From the IMG/VR virus record IMGVR_UViG_3300031111_000003, positions 2,165 through 66,164 of that record: DNA of 64,000 bases. The stretch is one strand, 5' to 3'. Within the stretch, counting starts at the first letter, position 1. The number at the start of each line of letters is the position of its first letter. Source of the stretch: a virus. Lineage: Duplodnaviria; Caudoviricetes. The notes beneath the pieces are model-generated. The model did no database searches and was not told where the DNA came from. It saw only the letters and a list, made by a program, of their open reading frames with translations. Below, in pieces: positions 1-9,639 of the stretch. Both the position numbers and the translations under genes were made by a program.

Positions 1-315
1 GTGACGGACCTCACTCCGTTCATCACGGCAGCAGGGTTGCTCGTTGACAAGGTGGATGAAAAGGCCATCTTGACTGATGCCCAGCTGAAAGAGGTGGAGC
101 GGTGGCTTGCTGCCCACTACGTTGCCTTGCGTGACCCCCGCCGGGCCAGTGAAAAGGCTGGCTCGGTCGGGGAGTCATACCAATACAAGCTCGGACTCGG
201 GCTTGAGGTGACGACATACGGTCAGCAGGCCATCATGCTCGATACAACCGGGACGCTGTTCCAAATCAACAAGTACGGCGGGACACGTTCTGCCGTTCTG
301 CAGGCGCTGACATGA
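1..315 (+). CDS. head-tail adaptor/connector protein (possibly 5'-truncated by window edge)
   Basis: LAAH...T.YGQ pattern typical of adaptor proteins; first gene of the neck cluster. Confidence 0.6.
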   Translation: MTDLTPFITAAGLLVDKVDEKAILTDAQLKEVERWLAAHYVALRDPRRASEKAGSVGESYQYKLGLGLEVTTYGQQAIMLDTTGTLFQINKYGGTRSAVLQALT

Positions 316-671
316 GTATCATCTCACGTATGCGCAAGCAACAGGCCACGTACTGGCCTGCGACTCCAGACATGTACGGGGGAGTCGCGTTTGGCTCCCC
401 CATACTGGTGGAGTGCCGGTGGGAAGACATCACGGAAAACTTCATCGACGCTGAGGGGCGGGAAGCCGTCTCTCAAGCGAAAGTGTATGTAGACCAAGTC
501 CTTAAAGTCGGAGGCTTTCTGGCTCTCGGCGATTACACCGGCGTAACTTCAACAACTACAACGGCGGAAGAACCCACGTTCATGCCGCCAGATGCAGCTC
601 GTCCGATCCGCAAGTTCGAGAATCTGCCAAACCTGCGGGCGACCGAATACCTGAGGACAGCATGGCTCTAA
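312..671 (+). CDS. putative head closure/stopper protein with internal TSTTTT tract
   Basis: ATGA overlap with the previous gene; D.YG...F..P..V.CRWED pattern; synteny. Confidence 0.55.
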   Translation: MSIISRMRKQQATYWPATPDMYGGVAFGSPILVECRWEDITENFIDAEGREAVSQAKVYVDQVLKVGGFLALGDYTGVTSTTTTAEEPTFMPPDAARPIRKFENLPNLRATEYLRTAWL

Positions 672-1027
672 GAGGGATGTCAATGGTACTAGGCAACGTG
701 TCCCGCAAGATGGCCAAAGTGGCTGTTCGTGAGCGAGGGGCACTTGCCAAAGCGGCCCTGCTGGTGAAGCGGGGGTCGATGGAGCATTGCCCTGTAGGAG
801 ACACGGGCAACCTCGTGAACAGCCATGAAACGGAAGTGATGCCGGACGGTGCATTCGGTTCCAGGGCTGAAATTCGTGTGACGGCGGACTACGCTGTGTA
901 CGTGCACGAAATGCCAGAGACGTACCACTTCCGCAAGCCCGGTTCTGGTCCCAAGTTCCTGGAGCGGGCCTTGTTCGAAAACCAGAAACGTGTGTTCGAC
1001 ATCTTGGTAAGGGAGGGACGGATATGA
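662..1027 (+). CDS. HK97 gp10-like neck/tail completion protein
   Basis: PV.DTGNL..S, YAVYVHE and KFLERA motifs. Confidence 0.7.
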   Translation: MALRGMSMVLGNVSRKMAKVAVRERGALAKAALLVKRGSMEHCPVGDTGNLVNSHETEVMPDGAFGSRAEIRVTADYAVYVHEMPETYHFRKPGSGPKFLERALFENQKRVFDILVREGRI

Positions 1028-1413
1028 GCTCGCCCGCCGTGGACATGGCCACAGCCCTGCAGAGTGCTGGTGTGGGTACGACTGGCGTTGACATCTTCGT
1101 CAATGTGCAGCCGACGGATCCAGACCAGTGCATCACGCTCCGGGACACCGGATCGTGGCGGGAGCCTGAAAAGGGGTTGGACCTCTACTACCCCTTGGTG
1201 CAGGCCTTGATTCGTGGTGGTCCGAACCAGTTCGTCCCAACATATGCACTGGCAGAAACGGTCCGGGATACTATCCTGGGACTGTCGCCGCAAACGATCA
1301 ACCTGACTAAGTACAACGGGTTTTGGTGCAATAGCGATATCCTGACCTTGGGGCAGGACCAGCAGCGCCGCAACCTGTTTTCCGTCAACTTCCGTTTGAT
1401 GCGGAGCACATAG
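1024..1413 (+). CDS. tail terminator (minor capsid-like family)
   Basis: P.VQ.LIRG and LG.D...R..FSVNF motifs; lies just before the tail tube gene. Confidence 0.65.
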   Translation: MSSPAVDMATALQSAGVGTTGVDIFVNVQPTDPDQCITLRDTGSWREPEKGLDLYYPLVQALIRGGPNQFVPTYALAETVRDTILGLSPQTINLTKYNGFWCNSDILTLGQDQQRRNLFSVNFRLMRST

Positions 1414-1426
1414 GAGGATCAACGCC

Positions 1427-1861
1427 ATGTCTGATGCTTTCAGTGGTGTCGGAACAGTACTTTACCGAGAGGACACACCCGGTTCGTGGTCGTCCCTCGG
1501 TGAAGTCCGGAACATTTCCGGCCCCGGCATGAGCCGCGAGACCATTGACGTCACCAGCCTGAACTCGACCGGCGGTTACCGCGAGTTCATCACGGGCTTC
1601 CGTGATGGTGGCGAGGTGACCTTGGGCATGCTGATGACCAACGCTGCTTATGACAAACTGATGACTGACTTCGAATCGGACACGGTGGTCGACTACAAGA
1701 TCGTGCTGCCGGACGACGACGAGTCCACGTTCAGCTTCTCGGGCCTGGTCACCAACATCCCGCTCAACATTCAGCCCGACGATGCGGTCATGGTCGACGT
1801 CACCATCAAGGTAACCGGCGCCACTGACTTCTACGCCGGTTCGACCACCACGACCACCTAG
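1427..1861 (+). CDS. major tail tube protein, C-terminus STTTTT
   Basis: I.GPGMSRETIDVTSL.S.GGYREFI.G.RDGG motif of siphophage tail tubes; AGGAGG SD. Confidence 0.85.
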   Translation: MSDAFSGVGTVLYREDTPGSWSSLGEVRNISGPGMSRETIDVTSLNSTGGYREFITGFRDGGEVTLGMLMTNAAYDKLMTDFESDTVVDYKIVLPDDDESTFSFSGLVTNIPLNIQPDDAVMVDVTIKVTGATDFYAGSTTTTT

Positions 1862-1876
1862 AACATGGAGTAGGGG

Positions 1877-3154
1877 ATGGAACACCATCAGCCCAGGATC
1901 GGGATTCTGACCCACTTCAATAGTTACCAGGCCGGGTACGCTCTGTCCGTTGGTTGGCATGAGCGTGCCCGGCTCCTGGAGTACTACGACCAGGACTTCG
2001 AGTTCTTGGTCAACGAAACGTGTCCGCCCGATCTTTACCCGAGGCAGAGGAGTTGTCTAAAGTCCATCCCGAAGGACGAGGACTTTGACAAGCGCGTCCG
2101 GTTCTTCCGCAAGGATTATCGCAGAGTGTTGGAGCCGTACGACATCATAATGACCGCAGACCTCATCTACCAAGGCAAAGGCAATTTCCTGGCTTGGAAT
2201 GCGGCCATGCGGCAGGCCAACGAGGACTTCAAGGCCCGTGGTCAGCACAAGTATTGGCTCCACTGGATCCATTCGGCGTTCAACAAGCCCAAGAGAGCCC
2301 CGTACCCCGAATCCCTGCGGTTCACCCCTATGGAGAACTCGACACTCGTGTACATGAACGAGTCCGAGAAGTGGGGTGTGGCACAACAGTACGGGGTGCC
2401 AGAGGAAGACGTGGCGTGTGTCTGCAATCCCAAGGACTTCCGCAGCCAGATGGGATTTCACGACTACGCATGGCAGATCACCAAGATGCTGGACATTCCG
2501 AACAAGCAGGTCGTCCAGATCTTCCCGTTCTGCATCACGCGGGCTGACGCCAAGGGGCTGAACGAAGTCCTGCATATCCACGCCGCCCTCAAGCGCCAGG
2601 GGGCTTCCATCGCCCTGATCTTGGCCAACGCTAACGCGCGGGCGCATGCCTTCCAAATCCAGCGCAAGAAGGAGCTGGCTGAGCGTCTTGGGCTGGCCTA
2701 CGGAGAGGACTACATTTTCACCAGCGACATCGTGGATCAGAAGGGGCCGCTGCCCCGGCAGGCGGTGATGAACCTGTTCAGCGTCGCCAACGTATTCGTT
2801 TTCGGTAGCTGGCGGGAGGTTTGTCCCAACGTGCTGTTGGAAGCCAAGATTTCCGGCAACCTGCTCGTCGTCAATGAGAACCTCGCGCCCGGCGTGGAGT
2901 TCGCAGGCGAAGACGCCATTCTGTTCAAGGCAACGGCCAAGATTCCTGGCGAGCCTGACGCCCGATCCGGCGACAGGATCAAAGTCCGCAACGGTGAGGA
3001 CTACTACGACAAGCTGGCCCGCCGAATCTTGGATCGTCTGCCAAGCAGGGAGCACGTTTGGGAGTTCGGTTTCGAACGGATTTGGGACACGCAGCTTGTT
3101 CCGTTGCTAGTGCATGCTGTCAATCATTCGGGGGAGTCATGTCAGACTTTGTAA
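1877..3154 (+). CDS. GT-B (GT4-like) glycosyltransferase
   Basis: R...KG motif and ANVFVFGSWREVCPNVLLEA (E-x7-E) nucleotide-sugar signature. Confidence 0.75.
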   Translation: MEHHQPRIGILTHFNSYQAGYALSVGWHERARLLEYYDQDFEFLVNETCPPDLYPRQRSCLKSIPKDEDFDKRVRFFRKDYRRVLEPYDIIMTADLIYQGKGNFLAWNAAMRQANEDFKARGQHKYWLHWIHSAFNKPKRAPYPESLRFTPMENSTLVYMNESEKWGVAQQYGVPEEDVACVCNPKDFRSQMGFHDYAWQITKMLDIPNKQVVQIFPFCITRADAKGLNEVLHIHAALKRQGASIALILANANARAHAFQIQRKKELAERLGLAYGEDYIFTSDIVDQKGPLPRQAVMNLFSVANVFVFGSWREVCPNVLLEAKISGNLLVVNENLAPGVEFAGEDAILFKATAKIPGEPDARSGDRIKVRNGEDYYDKLARRILDRLPSREHVWEFGFERIWDTQLVPLLVHAVNHSGESCQTL

Positions 3155-3723
3155 AATCCGTCACCGGACACAAGATGCGGCCCGTGCCGAAGTGTTTCAT
3201 CGTGCTCGGTATGCATCGCTCGGCGACCAGCCTTGTTGCTCAAGGCCTCAGTCAAGTCGGTGTGAATATGGGGGACGTATCCCGGTTCCATTGGGAGGAC
3301 CAGCAGTTCATGCGGCTAAATGATAAGATTCTCAAGGCTGCCGGGGGTAGTTGGTGTTGCCCACCGCCCGAGGATGAGATTATCAATGCTGGGCTGCAAT
3401 ACCGGATGGAAATACTGGCAATCGTCCGTCAGACTCAGCAGAAAGCAATCTCCAACAAGACTTACTTGTGGGGCTGGAAGGATCCGCGAAATTGTTTGAC
3501 GGCCAAGTTGTATCTTCCCCTGGTGGAGAATCTCCACTTCGTTTACATCCAGCGGGAGGTGCTGGATGTGGCACAGTCTCTGGCCAGGCGCAACAAGTTT
3601 ACCCTCAACCGGGGGATCAAATTGGCGCGGGAGTACAACCGTCGAGCGCTGGAGTTGCTCAGTTGGTGGGATGGGGTGAGTTACGGCAAGGCCAAGTGCA
3701 TGAAGCCGGAGGTGGTTGAGTGA
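3139..3723 (+). CDS. sulfotransferase-family protein
   Basis: IVLGMHRSATS (5'-PAPS-binding loop), WGWKDPR and R...DVAQSL motifs; start moved to ATG 3139 behind GGGGAG. Confidence 0.75.
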   Translation: MSDFVKSVTGHKMRPVPKCFIVLGMHRSATSLVAQGLSQVGVNMGDVSRFHWEDQQFMRLNDKILKAAGGSWCCPPPEDEIINAGLQYRMEILAIVRQTQQKAISNKTYLWGWKDPRNCLTAKLYLPLVENLHFVYIQREVLDVAQSLARRNKFTLNRGIKLAREYNRRALELLSWWDGVSYGKAKCMKPEVVE

Positions 3724-4547
3724 TGTACCACCCGCCTGTTCCTACTCCGGAAAGAGACCGGACAGTATTTGCTTTGGAGAAGCAGCACGTCGGCGAGACG
3801 GTGTTCATCATAGGAGCCGGGCCGCAGTTGCTGTTCTTAACTCAGCCGCAGATGCAGCAGCTCAGTGGGAGTACCGCCATCGGTCTTAACATGGTGCCAT
3901 ACCGCATCCCGACTAAGTACTTCCTGTCGTCTTATGTAGCGATGGGGGTTTTCGCAGAATGCGAATATGAACGACGGGAGTACAAGGCTCTCTTATTGCA
4001 TCTGTGCTGCTCCAAGGGGATGCGGTCCTTCGGCAATCTGACTCCTATTGGCAAACGGCAGTATCAGGGATTCCTGGAGCGGGACTTTCGGGGTGGTTCA
4101 CATGTTCGGACCAGTAAGAATGTGGCGCTGGCAGCGACACATCTTGCTCACATTATGGGAGCTAATCGGATCGTTTACGTCGGAGTCGAGCAGAACGACT
4201 GGCGGCATTTCTACCAATACTTGCCGGATGTGCATCTGCGGGCTGTGGCGGACGTTGAGAAAACCTTACGCTCCGGAACGGATCTCGCCAAGCATCTGAC
4301 ACGGCGTTGGCAGGATTATCGGGATCGATACCTCAAGCAGTTTGCACTTCGTAATGGCAACGAACCGCCACGCCGCAATTGGGGACGGGATGGAATCTTT
4401 GCGGAGTACATCACCACGTTACAGGAGCGTGGTGTGGATGTCATAGCGACCATGTGGGACTCCACCCCCCGCCGGGCGGGGGCTAGGTACGTCCCGCTGG
4501 TTAAAATTTTACACGAGGAGCGTCAGACATGCGCGTTGCCGGCCTGA
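3720..4547 (+). CDS. Maf/MptE-like (DUF115) putative sugar transferase
   Basis: GETVFIIGAGP, IGLN and A.HLAHIMGA.RIVYVGVE motifs. Confidence 0.6.
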   Translation: MMYHPPVPTPERDRTVFALEKQHVGETVFIIGAGPQLLFLTQPQMQQLSGSTAIGLNMVPYRIPTKYFLSSYVAMGVFAECEYERREYKALLLHLCCSKGMRSFGNLTPIGKRQYQGFLERDFRGGSHVRTSKNVALAATHLAHIMGANRIVYVGVEQNDWRHFYQYLPDVHLRAVADVEKTLRSGTDLAKHLTRRWQDYRDRYLKQFALRNGNEPPRRNWGRDGIFAEYITTLQERGVDVIATMWDSTPRRAGARYVPLVKILHEERQTCALPA

Positions 4548-5116
4548 TGGCGATAAGCGACTTCTCCATGGCCACTACCATGGTCGCAGACCTTGCGCAG
4601 TACTGCGATACGTTAGTCTTGCGGTTTGACAAGATCACCGGGTGCAAGCAGCTTTACAAGGAATGTGTGGCTTCCATTCCGCCGACGGTCAAAGACGTGA
4701 TCGGCGTTCGGGGCCGGGAGAAGTGGAACCGCTGGAACTGGCGCGAGCAACTGGTCCGGGCATTGGATCCGGTGAAGCCGGATGTGGTTTTGTTCCCGGA
4801 CTCGGATGAGCGGTACGGAGAGGGTTTCGCCGGAGAGCTATCCGCGTTCATGGATTCGCAGCGGCACATGATGATGTTTGACTATGAAATGGTCGTGGAC
4901 AATCCAGGTCGTAAAGTCCGCAAGTACCCCGGCGCACGCCACTGTAAGGCGTTCAAATGGATTCCGAACATTGGCTACCGACCGTACAAGGGATATGCCA
5001 GGCCGACGTGGCCTGGCAAGGGCTGTATGGCCTGGCTGGCAGACACCAAAATTCACCACTATTGCTTCTATACGCCTGAAATGGAGGCGGAGAAGCTCAA
5101 CAACCTGCACAAGTAG
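4529..5116 (+). CDS. GT-A (GT2-like) glycosyltransferase
   Basis: PDVVLFPDSDE DxD-type motif, late I.HY motif; sits in the transferase cassette. Confidence 0.55.
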   Translation: MRVAGLMAISDFSMATTMVADLAQYCDTLVLRFDKITGCKQLYKECVASIPPTVKDVIGVRGREKWNRWNWREQLVRALDPVKPDVVLFPDSDERYGEGFAGELSAFMDSQRHMMMFDYEMVVDNPGRKVRKYPGARHCKAFKWIPNIGYRPYKGYARPTWPGKGCMAWLADTKIHHYCFYTPEMEAEKLNNLHK

Positions 5117-5125
5117 GAGGCAGTC

Positions 5126-5542
5126 ATGGAACAGGAACTGAAGTTGTTGGGTCGGGATGACATTCTTGGCACCAAGGACAGGATCTTTGACTACGTCGGC
5201 TGTCCTGAGTGGGGAGGAAAGGTTCGTGTCCGCTCCCTCTCCGCCCAGGAGAACGACGAGTATGAGATCTCCATCTATGAGAACAACCTCCCGGCGGTGG
5301 AGGGAGAGAAGCCCAAGGAGCGCAACGTCAAGGCAGTCCTGGTGGCGCTCAGTGTCGTGGACGAAAAGGGTCGTTGCTTGTTTACCACGGCTGACATCAA
5401 GGAACTGGGCAAGAAGTCCAATGCCCCGATCGTGCGCATCTGGCGGAAGGTCCGCCAGATTTCTGGTATTGGTGAAGGTGCCGTGGATCGGGCCGAAAAA
5501 AACTCCGAGACAGGCCAGAGCGGCGATTCGACTTCCGATTAG
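5126..5542 (+). CDS. tail assembly chaperone (lambda gpG-like)
   Basis: PEWGG.V.VR.LS and VDE.G..LF motifs; ends in AEKN slippery site. Confidence 0.8.
   Translation: MEQELKLLGRDDILGTKDRIFDYVGCPEWGGKVRVRSLSAQENDEYEISIYENNLPAVEGEKPKERNVKAVLVALSVVDEKGRCLFTTADIKELGKKSNAPIVRIWRKVRQISGIGEGAVDRAEKNSETGQSGDSTSD
5497..5503 (+). other. -1 programmed frameshift heptamer A AAA AAC
   Basis: X XXY YYZ in the gpG frame; the -1 frame reads KLRDRPERRFDFRLALRLGMTVAEM without a stop into ORF 5557-5895. Confidence 0.8.
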
Positions 5543-5895
5543 CTCTGCGCCTGGGTATGACCGTGGCTGAGATGAATTCCAAGATGAGTTCAATGGAGAA
5601 AACAGAATGGAAAGCGTTTTTCAAATTGGAGCCATGGGGCAGGCAGGCGGAAGACACCGGGTCTGCTATTGTTGCTGCCACCTTGGCCAACATCAACCGG
5701 CAGAAGGGGTGCAGGCCGTTCAGCCCCTTGGACTTCACCATGGATTGGTCTGGGGAACTGGCGGTGCTGCGGTCTCCGAAGCAGTCAACAGAAACGATGA
5801 AGACGTTGCTCAAGGGTCTTCACAAGGAACAGCAGCGTAAACTCGGCCGCAACAAGGGAAAGAAACGAAAACGCAAGAAGGACAAGGGGAAGTAG
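5497..5895 (+). CDS. tail assembly chaperone gpT part (frameshift extension)
   Basis: RF.FRLALRLG.T..E...MSS.E..EW.AF..LEPWG is gpT-like. Confidence 0.75.
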   Translation, partial: KKLRDRPERRFDFRLALRLGMTVAEMNSKMSSMEKTEWKAFFKLEPWGRQAEDTGSAIVAATLANINRQKGCRPFSPLDFTMDWSGELAVLRSPKQSTETMKTLLKGLHKEQQRKLGRNKGKKRKRKKDKGK

Positions 5896-5896
5896 G

Positions 5897-8359
5897 ATGC
5901 CTGGTGAGAACATTGGTGAATTGACCGCGCATTTGCGGCTGTCAGGCCACCAGCTTGCGGGAGACATGGCCCGCGCCAAAGCGCAGTTCCGCGGTATGGA
6001 GAACACCGTCGGCCGTTCCATGGCTACGATGCGCACCAGCGTCCTCTCCCTGCAATCCGCAATTGCCGGGCTTGGTATTGGCCTTCTGGCGAAGGAGATC
6101 ATGTCCCTTGGCATGGAATTTGAGCAGACCATGCGAACGGTTCAGGGCGTGATGCGGGCTGCTGAGGGGCAGTACAAAGAGCTGGAAGCAGCCGCCCGCA
6201 GGATGGGTGAGACCACAGAGTGGACCGCCAACCAAGCGGCTGAATCCCTGAAGTTCTTGGGCATGGCGGGCTTCGAGGCAGACAAAGCCATCGAAGCTCT
6301 GCCCGGAACTTTGGATTTGGCAACGGCTGGAGCTATAGATCTTGGTCGGGCTGCTGACATTTCCACCAACGCCTTAACGGCCATGGGGCTTGGAGTAGAT
6401 GAGCTAACCCGTGTTGGTGACACGTTCATTGGTACCATCACTCGTACGAACACCAATATGGATATGATGGCCGAATCGTTTAAGTACGCGGCTCCCGTAG
6501 CCAAGGGCTTCGGGATCAGCGTTGAAGAGCTGTCGGCCATGATCGGCACCCTCGGCAACGCGGGCGTCCAGGGCAGCATGGCCGGTACGCAACTTCGAAT
6601 GGCGTTCACTTTGGCAACGAAGGCGTTCGAGCATTATGGGGAGAGTGCCTACAATGCGGATGGCACGACCAAGTCATTCGTCGATGCTCTCAAGTTGTTG
6701 AACGAACGCGGGGCTGACACACAAACCATGCTGGACATTTTTGGCCAACGAGCCGGATTGGCTGCTCTTATCCTCAAGGAGAATATTCCGTTTTACGAGG
6801 AGCTGGCCGAAAAGCTGCGCAACGCCGATGGTGAGATGAAGACACTCGCCGACCGGATGCGCAACACCACTGCCGGAGCCTTCAGGGAATTGAAGTCCGC
6901 TCTGGAGGGGGTGGCTTTGGATATCTTCGCGCAGGAGGCGAGCGACGCAGAAGATGCCATTCGCAGCTTAACGAATTTCGTTCGAGAGAATAAGGGAGAA
7001 TGGGCGGACATGGCTGGGGATGTCGCGGCCCTGACGAAGAACGTCGTGTCTCTGTTTGCTAGCATAGCACAGGGATGGGCGAATCTGCCGCAGATCGTAC
7101 AAGAAACGGGTTTGTTGGTCGCTCTGTTTGGGGGCAAGGCAGGAGTTGCTTTTGCTGCTCAAGCTCTTGCCGTTGGTATTGCCATTGATGAGGTCATTCG
7201 CAAGCCTATGGAAGCCGCGAATGACTGGTGGCTGAAGTGGGGGGCTGGCTATTCTAATGAAGAACTGCAGCGGGCACGTGAACTCAGCAACATGAGTTGG
7301 GGTGAGCTCTGGACCCGCATGTCCAGCAGTGACGAAGAGCTGGATCGGATGAAGGGGATGGCCAATTCAAGAGACATCTCTCTTGACCCAGCCATTCGAG
7401 CAGCCCAGATCAATGCCAGCCGGGCCAAGTTCAACGAGGTCGACAAAGGCGCGGTCACTGGTGGTGGTAAGGGCGGAGAAGACCCGAATTGGCTGTCCCG
7501 TGGTGAGGAGCTGGTGTGGATGCAGCAGCGCCGGGCCGGGGATGGCGGTTTGGCTGAAGCCCGTAAGATCATCAAGAACCAGCAGGCCTTTCGTGATAAG
7601 CTGTACGAGATCAACGCCACTGCCGATCAGAAAGAAATTGATATGTGGCTGGCCAAGAATACAGCCATTGAGGAGAGCACTAACGAGCTGACGGACGGCT
7701 TGGTTCGCGGCTTTAAGGACTACGCTACGGAAGCGGGCAAGTTGTCCGACCAGCTTGCTAATGCAGTGGAGTTTGGTATGAAGGGAATGGAGGACGCCAT
7801 TCTCCAGTTCACGGAGACCGGCAAGTTTTCCTTCCGCGACATGGCGAATTCCATCATCAGCGATCTCATGCGGATCACCATTCGATCGTCCATTACAGGT
7901 CCTCTAGCCGGGGCTTTGGCGAGGGTCTTCTCCGGCCCGACGTACAACGTCCGTGGCTACAGCTCGTCGGGGGTCTGGACTGGGGCAAAGGGAGGGGCTT
8001 TCGGTCACGATGGCGTGATGGCTTTTGCCCAAGGAGGCATTGTCAGCCAGCCCACTCTGTTCCCCTTTGCAAAGGGGACGGGCTTGATGGGTGAGGCCGG
8101 TGAGGAGGGGATCCTGCCGCTGGCACGGATGAATAATGGAGTATTAGGTGTCCATGCTGTGGGTGGTGGCGGTGGAGATATCACAATTAACGTGTATGGT
8201 GGTGGTGACGCCGATGTCCGCACGTCACAAGGTGGTGGTGGCTTCAACATCGATGTGCTCGTTGGCGAGGCCATGGTGCGGGACATTGACCGTAACGGTC
8301 CTGGTACTCAGAAGCTGACGAAGACGTTCAACCTCAAGCGGTCCGGGAGGATAGGATAA
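5897..8359 (+). CDS. tape measure protein
   Basis: 820 aa, Ala/Gly-rich helical; TP901-type core (G.TT..TA.QAAE.L..L..AG); C-terminal A.GG...GEAG.E..LPL. Confidence 0.9.
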   Translation: MPGENIGELTAHLRLSGHQLAGDMARAKAQFRGMENTVGRSMATMRTSVLSLQSAIAGLGIGLLAKEIMSLGMEFEQTMRTVQGVMRAAEGQYKELEAAARRMGETTEWTANQAAESLKFLGMAGFEADKAIEALPGTLDLATAGAIDLGRAADISTNALTAMGLGVDELTRVGDTFIGTITRTNTNMDMMAESFKYAAPVAKGFGISVEELSAMIGTLGNAGVQGSMAGTQLRMAFTLATKAFEHYGESAYNADGTTKSFVDALKLLNERGADTQTMLDIFGQRAGLAALILKENIPFYEELAEKLRNADGEMKTLADRMRNTTAGAFRELKSALEGVALDIFAQEASDAEDAIRSLTNFVRENKGEWADMAGDVAALTKNVVSLFASIAQGWANLPQIVQETGLLVALFGGKAGVAFAAQALAVGIAIDEVIRKPMEAANDWWLKWGAGYSNEELQRARELSNMSWGELWTRMSSSDEELDRMKGMANSRDISLDPAIRAAQINASRAKFNEVDKGAVTGGGKGGEDPNWLSRGEELVWMQQRRAGDGGLAEARKIIKNQQAFRDKLYEINATADQKEIDMWLAKNTAIEESTNELTDGLVRGFKDYATEAGKLSDQLANAVEFGMKGMEDAILQFTETGKFSFRDMANSIISDLMRITIRSSITGPLAGALARVFSGPTYNVRGYSSSGVWTGAKGGAFGHDGVMAFAQGGIVSQPTLFPFAKGTGLMGEAGEEGILPLARMNNGVLGVHAVGGGGGDITINVYGGGDADVRTSQGGGGFNIDVLVGEAMVRDIDRNGPGTQKLTKTFNLKRSGRIG

Positions 8360-8727
8360 TGGCAGACGTCTGGCCGACAGCCAACGGCTTTCCTCAGGCC
8401 ATGATGCCTGATTCGGTCAAGGATAATCCTGGGGACAGCCGCGTGTTCAGCGAAATGAGTGCAGGCCCCCCCAAGGTTCGGGCCAGAGGATCTGCTGTGG
8501 TTCGTACCGTGAGTGGCCGTTACTACATGACGGCTACCAATAGGGTCACGCATGAGACGTTCTTTACGTCCACCCTGTCCAACGGTGTTGGCACTTTCGA
8601 GTGGCCCGGCCCGGCAGGAGATGAGAACCTGACCAAATGCCGTTATGGTAAGAAGAGGCCCGTCTACACTCCGGCGGGGCCGAACGATTATTTCTGTGAC
8701 GTCGAAATCATGGTGCTACCGACATGA
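8359..8727 (+). CDS. distal tail protein (lambda gpM-like)
   Basis: WP..PQ, M.AGP.K.R.R and L.NG...F.W motifs; follows the TMP. Confidence 0.65.
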   Translation: MADVWPTANGFPQAMMPDSVKDNPGDSRVFSEMSAGPPKVRARGSAVVRTVSGRYYMTATNRVTHETFFTSTLSNGVGTFEWPGPAGDENLTKCRYGKKRPVYTPAGPNDYFCDVEIMVLPT

Positions 8728-9236
8728 CACCCAGCGATGACTTTGTCCGAGAGGCTACCGCGCCCCAGAGCACAGACGTTCTGTGCATACTGGTCACGAT
8801 CGAACACGATGACCTCAGTGAGACGCTGTATTTTGTTCAGGACGAGGTGCGGCCAGAGACCAGCGGGGACAACGCGGGGATTACCAGCAACGGTAATTTC
8901 CATATTGCATTCCCCTTCCGCATCACGCTGCCCAACGACAGGGACCAGGAAGTGCCCAGGTCCACTCTGCGGATTGACAATGTCAGCCGGGAGATCATCG
9001 ACAGCATTCGGTCCATCTCGTCCAGTCCGACCATATCCATCAACATTGCTCGACAGTCGGATCCGGATACGATCGAACGTGGGCCTATTGTGATGACGTT
9101 GGAAGACGTCATCTACAATGCCATAGTCATTCAGGGCAACCTTGGGGCGGAGCTGTTCCTGGATACTCAATACCCGTACCAGAAATTCACCCCCAACACC
9201 GCACCGGGACTGTTCGGCCATGAAACGACAAGTTAA
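8724..9236 (+). CDS. DUF1833/lambda gpL-like tail tip protein
   Basis: LVTI.H, F.A.PF.I.LP, L.IDNV.R and FTP...PGLF motifs. Confidence 0.75.
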   Translation: MTPSDDFVREATAPQSTDVLCILVTIEHDDLSETLYFVQDEVRPETSGDNAGITSNGNFHIAFPFRITLPNDRDQEVPRSTLRIDNVSREIIDSIRSISSSPTISINIARQSDPDTIERGPIVMTLEDVIYNAIVIQGNLGAELFLDTQYPYQKFTPNTAPGLFGHETTS

Positions 9237-9639
9237 CATACCACAGATGGTGCGTGACGTGCTGGGGAAGCCATACCAGCGACGAGGTCGTGGCCCGGAT
9301 GGTTTCAACTGCTACGGTTTGTATTATTACTGTGCCACTGAATACTTCGGTCTGGATGTGCCCGCATACAGCGCCGCCATGGTGCTGGACGGGGACAGGG
9401 AGGCCGTCGCCGTCGCCGTCGCTGACCGTCTGGGTGAGTGGACGCAGGTGGGTCGCGTGTATGCCGAGCCGGGGGATGCCGTACGGCTGCTGGTGGCCGG
9501 GTATGACCATGTGGGGGTATACCTGGGGGGCAAAGAATTTCTGCACATACTGAAAGGCAAGAACGTGTCCACGGCAAAGTTTACCGACGGGGAATGGGAG
9601 AAGCGATTCAAGGGGATATTCAGGTATGTCGGAACATAG
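9220..9639 (+). CDS. NlpC/P60 tail tip assembly protein (gpK-like)
   Basis: G.PY...GRGPDG.NCYGL, HVGVY and FLH catalytic Cys/His; start at ATG 9220. Confidence 0.8.
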   Translation: MKRQVNIPQMVRDVLGKPYQRRGRGPDGFNCYGLYYYCATEYFGLDVPAYSAAMVLDGDREAVAVAVADRLGEWTQVGRVYAEPGDAVRLLVAGYDHVGVYLGGKEFLHILKGKNVSTAKFTDGEWEKRFKGIFRYVGT

